Positions 52,601 through 64,000 of a stretch of DNA of 64,000 bases are shown here, in pieces. Under the pieces are notes generated by a model. It saw only the letters and a program-made list of their open reading frames with translations, was not told the DNA's origin and ran no database searches. The position numbers and the translations under genes were made by a program. Source of the DNA: Marsupella aquatica (Eukaryota > Plantae > Marchantiophyta); assembly GCA_973895155.1 (NCBI GenBank), contig OZ316891.1:4136018-4200017 (forward strand). Direction: 5' to 3'. The first letter of the stretch is position 1; each line of letters opens with the position of its first letter.

Positions 52601-53540
52601 CGAAGGAGGTGCTGACTGCTGTGGTGTGGGAGTGCATTTTAAGCAAACAGCGTACAAATTCCACGGATATGGAGAGAAGCACAGTTACCAGGGCTGATGT
52701 TGAGATCTGTAAATGATGGCAGGATTTCAGACTAGGTGAGAGAATTGAGAAGGAAGGGAAGGCTTGTGTAATCGTGGTAAACAAATGGGACACAGTCCCT
52801 GATAAGGACTCTATGAGCACTTACTGGTACGACCGAGATGTGAAAGAGCGGTTGCGTGGGCTTAACTGGGCACCAATCGTCTACACTTCCGCCACAAGTG
52901 GGCAGCGGATTGAAAGGTGACTGGACCAGATTATTTGGAGCTCTTATTTTGTACGGGGAAAATTGAACTGCGCACGACCCTTGGATTGTACTGACTTGAT
53001 GTGTTTCCAGGATATTGGAGACTGCTAGTGCGGCTGGGAGGGAGAGGTGTCGAAGGTTGACAACTGCTGTCCTTAACCAAGTGGTAACAGAGGCTATAGC
53101 GCTGAAGCAGCCAACTATAGGCCGTGGTGGCAAGAAAGGCAGAATATACTACTGCACTCAGGTTGGTCCTCCTGAAAAGTTTCATTGCCGATTTGTGTTT
53201 TTCCCCGTTTCTCAGTGATTTCTATGCACCCTGATTTATATGCGGAGAACGTTGTTGTAATCCAATTGTGTGCACGGCTAACACCTTTAACACCTTTTCC
53301 ATAAAATTGTGACAGGCTGCTATCAGACCCCCAACCTTCGTCCTTTTTGTGAATGATGCCAAGTTGTTTCCAGAGCTATACCGCAGATACATGGAAAAAC
53401 AAATACGAGCAAATGTTGGGTATCCTGGCACTCCAATTCGAATACTCTGGCGGAGTAAAAAGAAAACTGAGAGAGAATATCCCTCTAGGAATGCTCCTTC
53501 AAGATCCCCTGCCTATGCTTCTAGCTCCCAAAGATATTAG
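49653..53540 (+). CDS. der: Plastid ribosome-biogenesis GTPase Der/EngA; 10 exons (49653-50034, 50173-50336, 50451-50744, 51017-51156, 51623-51710, 51835-52014, 52275-52436, 52723-52916, 53011-53161, 53316-53540)
   Basis: Two G domains (GRPNVGKS twice; GVTRD/GTTRD; DTGG/DTAG; NKCE/NKWD) and a C-terminal KH-like region ([24 protein letters not shown]...GTPIR). Confidence 0.95.
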
Positions 53541-55213
53541 CATCCTGGAAATAATCAGGTAGCCGTGTCTGGCCTCAGTGGAACACATATTATATGGCAT
53601 CTTATTCATCACAAGTCGATAACCGGTCTAGCTTACTTGCAAGTATGCTAACTAGGCTCTGATGGGTGTCAGGTCAGCTGTGGATCCATGTAAGATCGTA
53701 TAGCGAGTGAAGATGATTTTGAAAGCATTTTCTCTCAAATGTATCGATATGTTTTCAGAATTCCTTTCGTACTGGTGGAACCTAAAGAGCTCCATCGGAG
53801 ACCTCAAAGCGCATGCTAGCAGTTGAAAATGTTGGGTACTATTCCTCTGGAAGAGCTTGAAGTTTGTGGCAATGTTCACACATCCTTTCTCATTTCTCTC
53901 GTGGATGTCTAGAAACTGTTGTTTGGTTTCCATTGTAACGTCCGGCGTTGGCTGTGCTTGGATTTGTTCAGATGAGGTGCCCAATTTTGTTTGGCTTTTG
54001 TTCTTCAACAGTTATATATCTTTTCGTGCCTGACGGAGGAACAAAGTTTTTCCTTCCGGAACGAGCCTAAGGTCCTGTAAAAAGGAGTTTTGAGACCAAA
54101 GGTTCATGCTTTTCAGTTTGGTTCTTCCGTTGCGCCCCCCAATGAAGAACTGATCTTGTTTACGCTTAAATTCTATTTACATCTCCGAATTGAATAAAAA
54201 ACAGGATGCGCCGATTGAAACTATATGGGAATTTTCACAATGGTTAATGCAAGTCAGCTAGAGTTCCGCATGATGGCCAAGATTGGAAACCGAATGTGGC
54301 ATGCCCTAAGTCGGTAGCTCATATCGTCATTCTGACTATTCCGAACAACCCAACATCTATAAAGAATATACTGATAATCTTAAAATTACACTCTACAGTA
54401 TTACCAGAGACCTCCACAAGAAGATGAACTAAGTTCTGATGGGGATGTTTGTTAGTTTTTGCATCAGTTCTTCGGAAACCACCATCAATGCTTTCTGTAG
54501 ATGCTTTCACGGTCCAGATCCGCCCCCCAAGTGAGCGCACCACACCAATAGATTACGCATACCATGGCCCACAAGGTGGAGCTGGTGGGTAAGACTTCAG
54601 TAGTTCAATTCAATACGAAAAGTTCTGACAAGTCCATGTGGGTAATAAGGTAGTTTATGGGGCTTTGAGTTTCTTGCGAACTAGGCTACAAGTAATGAGA
54701 TCCGTCAGGGTACAGGATGAATATCCAGGACAGCAAAATGAGGCCATCAGTAGGTGCCCTTCATTATTTATTCAAAATTTCTGTGAAGGTCGGAACTTCG
54801 ATGTTTCTCTGTGAAACGTTTCAAAACATAAAATTTGATACTGGCTCCAGCATGCTGTGTCACCACCATATGTCTCCAAAGCAACAACTCATCAGATCCA
54901 CATCCGAGTGACGAGTTCAGTAATATCATGCAATATCATGATTTCCTCATTCTTGTGTGAACGTACCCTGCCACCATGATTTGGTATATGGTGTTCCGTA
55001 TGAATCTTGAGAAGGGTCAAGGTTACATCCTTTAAAGGTTGCATTTTGGTTATAGATGATGCACAGCAGCAGCTCTACACTTCCAGAATTGTGGGTCTGA
55101 ATAAGCATCCAATTGAATCGCTTAGCCACAACCTGCAAAAGGAAAAATGCAACAGCCAAAGCGTTTTCGAGCTGGTAGTGCAAAGGAGGAGCTGGGTCTA
55201 GAACGCTCCCAAA

Positions 55214-58200
55214 TCACTTTGGCCCCAGCATCTTCAATGGATCAACGGCTGCGTCGAAGTCCTCGGATTTCAAATAGCCAAGCTTCATACAAGAATCCTG
55301 CAAGCATTCAGTAAGAATAGTTAGTAGAAATAAACCTTGTTGACTGGTCAATACAACCCGATGACTACATTCATAACTTTAAACCAGTGAAACGAAGGGA
55401 ATCTGTATATATTTTCCTCTAGACACTTGTCTCTGCTTTGCTGCCATGGCACAAGTAGTCACACTCTGGAGATACATATAAAAGAGAAGAATGGCTGATA
55501 TGAAAACAACTTACCTTCAGTGTTAAATTCTCGGCATGAGCTTTCTTCGCTACTGAAGCTGCTTTGTCATAGCCAATCACCTGAAGCCAAGCCAATGCTT
55601 TGAATGAGATGTGAAATAGATCGCAAGAACAAGGTGGTACGTGAAGCTCATTGGGACAAAGCCTGCCACTCTGTTCAACCTACTCAACGAACTTACCAGA
55701 CTTCTGTCGGAAACATCGAAAAACCGGAAACAATCACATTATGAGGAAGAGGTACTTGATCTAACATATATTTCCCTTACGTTGCCTCTGCCATCCACGC
55801 ACGAGAAGCAGTAAATATTAAACGAGTGAGTTGAGAAACACAAATACTCACAGGATTGAGCGCTGTTACAAGCATCAGCGACTGCAATTGCCACATTAAG
55901 CAAACAGTGCAATGTCAGATTCCCCAAAATGATAGCTGATTCTTAAAATTTCCAAATGAAGCTAGCTGACACACAACACGCACTAGCTTATCCTCGTCTC
56001 GGAAATGATGGAATATCAAGGAGCACATCAGTGTGCTGAAGTAGATTTAAGAAGTGTACCTGCTGCAAGTAATCCGCAATCTTAGCTTCGTTCGGTTTGA
56101 TGCCAACAACTAGGTTCTTTCTAAATGACTCAGCAGCATCACCAAGCAATCGCATTGACTGCAAGACAGCCAGTTTATTACTGAAAATACCCAAGTGTCC
56201 AATGCCTACACCTAACTGCACTTCATAAGAGAATAGATCAGCAAAAAAGGGACCATCATGCACTTGAACGAACCATAGTTGCTAAACTAACGCTAAATGA
56301 TGACCACAATAGAGAGAGTGGCACATTATTTACATTCAGTGCTCGATTCCTCAACACAGGGTAGTTCCTTTCATAGATATAGGAAACGACAGTCCAAGAT
56401 AAGGACTGATTTCCCATCAAGGAGGATGGGGCTCTCCCAAAACGCTCACCATAAGCAACCCATTTGCCATCAATGGCTTGAAGACGTTAAGCTCAAAGTG
56501 ACCATTCGATCCTCCAACGGTGATAGCTACATGGTTTCCCATCACCTGCAAAGCCATACGATTACTTACAAGTGCGGTCCTTGTATAAGATATTCGCGGG
56601 AGAAGAATTGCCTCCCAAAACTTCAAGGAAACAACCACAGGATGTTCGTGAAGCTCTCATGACTTGGCTTGATTTGATTTAGAGTTTTACATTCCCAAAC
56701 ATCTGTCTTCTTTGGTAAAGATCACTGTCAAATAGCGTCGGTTGGAATGCTAAGCCCCTGTGATACAATATATGATTGACGTAGCAATACCTGACAGCAG
56801 ACCATTGTCAAGGCTTCACACTGAGTGGGATTAACTTTTCCCTGGACAGACGTCAGACAATATGTTGCCGGTTACTGGGGTATGACGTCATCACCGAACA
56901 AACTAGAAGAAAACAGTTCAGAACAAACATACCTTCAAAGCTTACATCAGACAGTACAAACAGAAAAACTTGTTACTCTCAGTCTTTTTATAGCTTGCTA
57001 TTCTCCCTCTCATGGAAAGATCAAGTCCTCAAGGAAAGCTTCTAAAGAGGACTAACTGATGCCCATAGAATAAGAATATTACTAGGGGAAGGTAAGAAAG
57101 CATACAGGCATGATACTGCTTCCAGGCTCGTTTGAGGGAAGCTCTAACTCTCCTAGCCCACATCGAGGTCCACTGCACAACAGACACTACAATGAATGAC
57201 TGCAACGAGTGCACGAGATGATATCGACGTCGGGGTGTTAATATTGTACAGAACCTAGATATAAATACAATTATTATATATGAAAGAGTAGAGATACACA
57301 CCTTCCCAGTAGCCTTATGTCATTGGCTATTTTGAACAAAGACACGGCCAAAGTGTTAAGGGCCCCACTTGTGAAAACATAAGCATCATTCGCAGCCTGC
57401 AAAGAGGATAAATGCCAACCATTAGATGAGACTAGAACAAAGTGCGTAAGTAGGGTCAAAATCGTCTGTGAATTGGGACTGAACAATCAGAGAGCTTCAA
57501 TATTTGTCTTAAAATGAATAGCGTGCATGAATAGGAGCTGAAATGTTACCAGAGCTTCAAACTTGTTTGGTGCGGGCTTAAACGGAATTCCCGTTTCTTT
57601 TTCTAGTTCTGCTGCAAGTTTTACATCAAATCTGCCATCAAAATTACGTGAAGCCAATGTTGTAAGCAGGTGCGGGAAATAGTCTCAGGCAACTTGAAAG
57701 CATCAGAGCACCCATCACTACAAGAAACAGGTCTGATCCACCGTTGACAATGCAATCAACTATCAAAGATGCCCCGGACGCGAAAGGCGTTCATCTACAT
57801 CCCCTCCTGAACACTTACCCTTTCCTCGAATTGAGGCCAGTTCCAACTGCAGTCCCTCCTTGCGCCAGCTGTCACAAACGACGCATCTCAAATATCTTTA
57901 TTATCAAGAACTGTTATGCAGTAGTTGGACAATGGGATTAGCATTTTTCGGTCTCTTAGCAACGGATGCAACAATTTGAACTTCCGACTCAATTGGCCAG
58001 TAGAGGCTTTATGAATAATACTAAACCTGCTGAAGTAGGTCATAGCTGGCCTCAATGCGCTTAATCCCGTATTCCACCTGCTCCGACAAACCAGTTGTCC
58101 AGTAAGCATCACAAGAACCACCCATCCTTCAGCCTTTAAGTGTCTGTGCAGTGTAAGTGAAATCTACTCATTCAAAGTCAATTAGGTGTGAAGAGGCACA

Positions 58201-60995
58201 TTTGAAATCGCAATTGGAGAAAGTCTGAGGATGAGCTACTTGACTCTAGAGTGATAAACTAGAGGCAGATGATTTGCCTGAGTCTCACTGATGATATCAA
58301 CAACGGAAACTGCTGGACTGCAATAAAACAAGAGGCGCATAATCACCTGAGTAGCATAAGCACTGAACACATCCCCTAATCGCAGAGGTACAGCATCCAT
58401 GGTATGAGTACGACCAATCTTGATGATATCCCAAAATTCCTTTGACTGTATCCACCAGCCAATAGCATTCCAATTAGAGTACAAGAATGGCAACTGCATC
58501 AAGACAACTGCAGTGGTAGAAAAGAATGAGAGTTTCAAGAATGGAAGCAATATTCCAGTAGACTAAGCAGTATCTAAACCCAAGGCAAAGCACACAACTA
58601 AGAAATGGGAACAGCAACAAAACATAAAGCTCGTTTCCTTAAAGCAGTGAACAACAAAATACCCTGGGCTCATACACCTTCACCCTTCACGACATATATG
58701 ATACCAGACTCTGATTCTCCACGGTACCGGGACAATTAGCGAATCCCTGGAGTGTTTGCTTTGGTGTTTGGTGTTTTCAAGCAGTACCTTATCATTCAAA
58801 GCTTCATGAAGTGCGGTCAGATTGGGCACAAGATGATTCACAGACTGCCTCATTGCAGCAACATGCATTGCCTGAATCCATAGACGCAAAAATGACATCA
58901 AAGGTCTTTGAATAGCAAATACAGTCGGATGAAAATGATGCACACTATGGTACCTAACTTGGAAGGCAACAAGCTAAGAAAGTGGTTGAATGATACAGAT
59001 AAGATGTGGAGATCTGAATCAACTTTCAGTAATTCAGACAAACCAGATACGCTTACAGTTGGAAATGAATCATTGGAAGATTGGCCCATGTTGACATGAT
59101 CATTGGGATGCACAAACTTTGAGCCTAATTTATGGCCCAAAACCTCCCCCGCACGATTGGCAATGACCTATAGAGACAGAAAGGTAGCCAGACAGATCAG
59201 TTTGTCCAGTATCACGTAAGAGATCTATAGATCCTTTGTCGAATGTGATGCCATATGATTGACTTTGCAGACCATTCAACGCTGAAGTGTTCGTAAACAC
59301 CTAATTTAAGAACTGATCCAAATTGACAAGGAACGATCACGCATGACCAAGATGATTACAATAGAAGAAACTTGATCTTGTCCAAGCTCACCTCATTCAC
59401 ATTCATATTGGTTTGAGTACCACTCCCAGTCTGCCACACCACGAGAGGGAAGTGATCATCCAATTTCCCTTCAGATACTTCTTGCGCAGCTTCTATAATT
59501 GCCTTGGCCTTTGTGGCATCTAAACCATAGTCCATATTCACCTGATCAGCAAGCAACCCCACGTTTTGAGTGAGGATCACTGATAATAGCCCTCTTATCA
59601 GACTGCAATTGCTTTGGCGACATAAAAGTCCCTAAATCCGCATCCGTTGAAAAGCAATACGTTGAACCAGCTCACGGGTAAACACTTAAATATCTGTTGT
59701 GAGGTTTGATTCCCATAGCGAGAGTCCCTTACCTTGGCACAGCATTTCTTCAGAATTGCATAGGCATGGATAAGCTCCTCAGGCATTCGGTGTCGGTGGC
59801 CACCAATCTTAAAATTTTGCAGGGATCTCTGCGTTTGCGCTCCCCAATACCTTGCAATGATGTGACGGCAACAAAACATAAAAATTCTTCTGTCCAGTGC
59901 TTGGTTTCATTTCCCGACTAACTCAGAGGCAAGATTCAGCTCATCAGAGGAAGCTCAATTCTGAAAGATTTCAACCGCTCTAGCAAAACTTTGTGAAGGC
60001 CTACAGAAATGGTAGGACCTAAAGACGGAATGCTATGAGACAAGACAAGGATAACACGTCGTCGGTGAGCAACAAAGAATTTGCAGAAGAGTGCCTTGCC
60101 ATGATAGAATGAAGAGAATATGGGATACAATGACCGCGATGATTGAATGCTAATACTTCTCTGGTTGTGGCAACCTTGGCACATTTGAGCTCCCACCCCT
60201 TTGTGCCTCAATTTATCTACTGCAATTTTTGCGGTTGGCAGATTTATTTGTTTCTGCAAAGGTTAGAGACACAAGGTGGATTCTGTCCACCAGAACGAGG
60301 TGGGACGTAAGGAGCACCAAACCCTAGGGACCCACCTTTGAGAGAGAGTCTCAAGTCAGCATTCCACACCGATAACAATATGTTTGGGAAGACACAGATC
60401 AGTCCTTGGCGTGGACTTGTTTTCCTAGGGGTGAATCTCTCCGCACAACCTGATCGTTCGCAACAATTGAGGTGGTACGATAACAGTCTGAAGTGTGGCA
60501 TTCAACACAGAAAAGAAAAAGGTTTTCCAAGACAAAGCAATTCTTGGCGCGGGATTGAGAAAGAGGGTCACTGAGTATTTAGAGAGCCGCTCTCTCTCAA
60601 ATATCATTCCCAAGAACTGATAATATCTTCACACAATGCCCAAGCCCTTGAAGTCCCCATGACGTCAATTTCGGAATTGCAAACTGAAAATCAAACTCAT
60701 GTATCAAAATCCGAAAAGCAAACAGATACCAGACGACATATGATAGATCCGCGTGGACGTGGGAAAATTGGCCAATTAACCCACCCACATGGATGAATTC
60801 ACGCACACACACGCACACACACCTGTCTGCTGGAACCATGACGACTCCCATAGTGTCTTTCTCTTCCCGGAACTCAGCGGAGGGCTTGCTGTCACCGGTC
60901 TGGAAGAAGCGCACAACGCACATTCTCACTGCCACAGAAGACCTCACGGAGCTCTCTGGCGACCTCAGCAAGCGCCGCAGCACTGTAGTTGCCAT
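55214..60995 (-). CDS. FUM1: Class II fumarate hydratase (fumarase), multi-exon, with a mitochondrial-type presequence
   Basis: [54 protein letters not shown], signature EPGSSIMP|[24 protein letters not shown]-terminus [10 protein letters not shown]-terminus [12 protein letters not shown] is Arg/Ser-rich. Confidence 0.95.
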
Positions 60996-61302
60996 TGGTC
61001 CGATAGCCTCAGAACACGACACCTCGTTCTGCAGCTCCTGACCTTCACTCTCGATCGATTGAGGGAAATGGCGGGCGTTGCCACCTCTCTAGGAGAAGAA
61101 TCGATGTGAAGGACGGGACGGAGAGGTGGAGACGAATGTCAATCAGGTGCCGTGTTGTGCATGGGAGAGCTCATGTGTGTCCTCTCCTCTCCCGTTGCCT
61201 CTTGATGCCCAATTTACAGATCTGTATCTCAAAGCACTACGAGTCTCTGGTGTCCCCTTCAGCTGAACGACATGTCATGTGCATGGCGTCACCGTGATAG
61301 CA

Positions 61303-61632
61303 CCTTCCCGAGTCATTTTTTGAACCTTATGACTATGTTGAAACGTGCATGATTTTGTGGTCTGATGGGCCAATGGGCAGTATTGCGTCAGATGACTGAG
61401 GTTCATCACTCGTGAACAACTCGTGCTGCACCTTCTTCACACTTCATACTTCTTTGTGGATGGAGTATAAGGCTTTCCCAAGTCATTTCTTGAACCTTGC
61501 GACTATGTTGAAATATGCATAATTATATTTGTCTGATGGGAAATATTCTGTCAGTAAGGTTGACTGTGCTCGTCTGTAGAGAACAATGCCATGCTGCCCT
61601 TTCAGTCCTCTTTCGGTGGATGGAGTAAAAGG
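61303..61632. repeat. Diverged ~170-bp direct duplication upstream of fumarase
   Basis: TTCCC(G/A)AGTCATTT.TTGAACCTT..GACTATGTTGAAA...GTGGATGGAGTA occurs twice. Confidence 0.7.
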
Positions 61633-63059
61633 TTGTCAGCAAATTGGTCCTCAATCTGAAGGAAGGTCATAATTCTGTTGCTTGGTGAGCACGGGAGACT
61701 TGTTCTACATATCACTTTTCGTTTCTACCAAGTTTGCAAGGTCTGGAGGTGATTGTCATGAAAACTGACCTTCAAGGTTTCTTGTCCACAAGAGAAGCAC
61801 CGCAAATGTTCTTGACATTTGAGAGTTATCACTCGGTCTCTTCAGACTGGCCATCAGTAAACAAAATCAATTCATCCTGAGGACCTTGAGATCTGGTTGG
61901 GTATGAAACCGAGAGTTCTGTTAAAATTAATTGAAGCTGTTCAAAACTGAAGTACGACTGGAAGACGATGTGCATGAGGAGACATGGCATCTCAACCTGG
62001 GGGTGATCTTCAGCGTGCCCTGAAGGGAGTACAAGTGATTTACATTTTTTATGCACCTTCAAATGTTGCCTTGGTAGACCGTAGAAAGTTTTGAAGTTTG
62101 AAAGATGTCCAGGGTTTATCTTGATGCAAATGAAAACTTGTAAATTTACCATTCCACACCTCTTCTCGAGGTTAAGAGAGGACCCAGTTGCTTCTTCATA
62201 TAGGCAGTTGCTTCTTCATGATGTATGTGCTTCCAAATTCCTTATCTGCAGGTGCCAGTTACTAGTAATTCTCAACAATGTGTGAGAGAAACGATACTGA
62301 GGCCAACGAAATTCGATGTTTCTATGCCTTGAACTTCAGACCACAATGGTCATGTCCCGCCGACCTACCACCCCCAACACAAAACTTAACGGGAAAAAGT
62401 GGGAGGGGAAAAAAATTATTTTGACCGGGAATTCGTGTTTTCGAGTACTTCCAAAATTCGTGAGGGATGTTTGCATTCGAAAGCATCAGGCTATCGAGGT
62501 GCTTAGCCCCTTCCTCCTTTACAACGTCATACGTGACGTTTGTAGAAGCTCATGCGTGGCCAGGGAAACCAGAACCTTGATGAATGCCATGCACAAGTTG
62601 ATTGTTAAACTGGTACGCGCCGTCCTCTATCAAGCAGACGCCCATACCAAAGTGGATTCCATCTTGAACAATAACATCTGAAAAGTTTGAAGAAAAACAG
62701 GAGGACCAATACTCCACTAAGGAGGACTAAATACTCATGAAGTAGCCCTGCACCTTCAGCCTTGGTACCGTGCCCAGCCCCTAGTATATCCACAGATTCC
62801 ACTTCTATCGAATCTGAGTCTCCTACAGAGAGCAATGGATCAGTAAATGCAGAAAAACTCTTCCTAAGATCCAGATCTGGGATCTCAGGAAGAGCTGATA
62901 TTGGCCAGCATTCCCAGTCCCAGACTTCTAATACTGGATATCTGCTGGGGAGGCTGTGGAGAGATCTTGGAAGATTCACGAGGAGTGTCAAGAATGAAGA
63001 GGACCACGAGGATACAACCGTCTGCATCAAACAGCAGAAAGAAGGATGAGAACTGCCAG

Positions 63060-63365
63060 GCACGCCTTGCAAGTGAGACGTTTCCAAACAAGCTGGTTTG
63101 AGACAGTATTTAAGCTCCCATTTATTTATTTTATTTACCTCAAACTTCCTTGCAGTGGCTGGGTTGGAGATTATGAGGATTCATACTCTGGTTGTGTCAT
63201 AACCAAAACGAAACAAGAATTGCCAAGCACACCTCGCAAGTGAAACGTTTTCAACCAGGTTAGTTTGGGACAGTACTTAAGGTCCCATTTATTACCTCAA
63301 ACTTGCTGGCAGTGCCTGGGTTGAACATTTGAAAGCATTCATAGTCTGGTTGTGTCATATCACCA
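63060..63365. repeat. Diverged ~140-170-bp direct duplication
   Basis: GCAC.CCT.GCAAGTGA.ACGTTT...TCTGGTTGTGTCATA at ~63060-63200 and ~63228-63360. Confidence 0.75.
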
Positions 63366-64000
63366 TAGATCTGAAGTGACACAAGTTAACCCACGTCAAA
63401 AACTTTAAGTACGGAAAAGACTGGTCAAAATATAAGATGTTGCCCAGCCAGGTTACAACGATTCAAGCAGATAATAAGAGCGACCAGTTTGAAGGGTATT
63501 GTTGCAGCAAACAAACTTCGGGTTGTGGATGCATTTGACTAACCTCCCACGTGAATGCCATGGGAACTCCTAGCTTGTCATACATATAGTCAGTGGCTGT
63601 GCCATGTGCTAAGTAGCTGCAGACATATTCCAAGAGTATTCCGTGTCTGAGTAAGCTTCACATCTACGAATATCACGCTTCATTGAGAACACAACAAGCC
63701 TCGTAAAGAATTCACAAGTTGGTGAGTAATTAAGTATCAGACGAGCGGACACGAAGAAGTTGCAAGACTCGACCAACTTATATAGCCTACCCGACAGCAC
63801 CACCACCAGATCCAACCACACATTTTCCTTCACAATGCTGTTTATTCAGGATTTGGAGCAAGCTCTTCATTGCCGGCCCGCCATCAACAGGAATGATGGA
63901 TTTATGATCATAAGGCATAAACAAAGCCTAGAGCACAGGGCGAGTGTTCAAACGGGAATAAGTTAGAATAGATATGCTTATATCCAGTACACATGTAAAA

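Noticed and set aside
54947-55183. ORF downstream of fumarase with an acceptor-like TTGCAG
   Set aside because: No recognisable product; more likely 3' UTR or UTR exon.
45080-60995. Functional cluster of TCA-related genes (KGD4-like and fumarase)
   Set aside because: Two genes separated by Der with no shared sequence; adjacency is plausibly chance.
61829-63101. Overlapping 95-160 aa ORFs near the window end
   Set aside because: No recognisable domain or consistent splice model.

Overview
Eukaryotic, intron-containing land-plant nuclear DNA. It carries a TTTAGGG-type repeat and plastid/mitochondrial-targeted genes; a bryophyte-like origin is my inference only. The left ~25 kb holds one 3-exon bHLH+ACT-like transcription factor gene in repeat-rich DNA: tandem arrays, MITEs, a large TIR element and a tRNA-derived SINE. 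The right ~38 kb is a dense gene cluster: ELP2 (-), an intronless Harbinger-derived ALP1-like nuclease (+), heme oxygenase HO1 (-), a small KGD4/MRPS36-like gene missed by the ORF track (+), plastid GTPase Der/EngA (+) and fumarase (-). The main finding is repeated 5'-end swapping between neighbouring unrelated genes by local inverted duplication. (1) ELP2 has no start codon at the expected place and is fused in frame to an inverted ~584-bp copy of the 5' end of the ALP1-like gene. (2) HO1 and Der share a homologous 5' leader and an ~86-88 aa transit peptide, and a third, CDS-less copy of the leader lies between them. (3) A decayed direct copy of the ALP1-like/HO1 segment lies downstream of ELP2. 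All calls were made by eye and from recalled family motifs; no database search was run.
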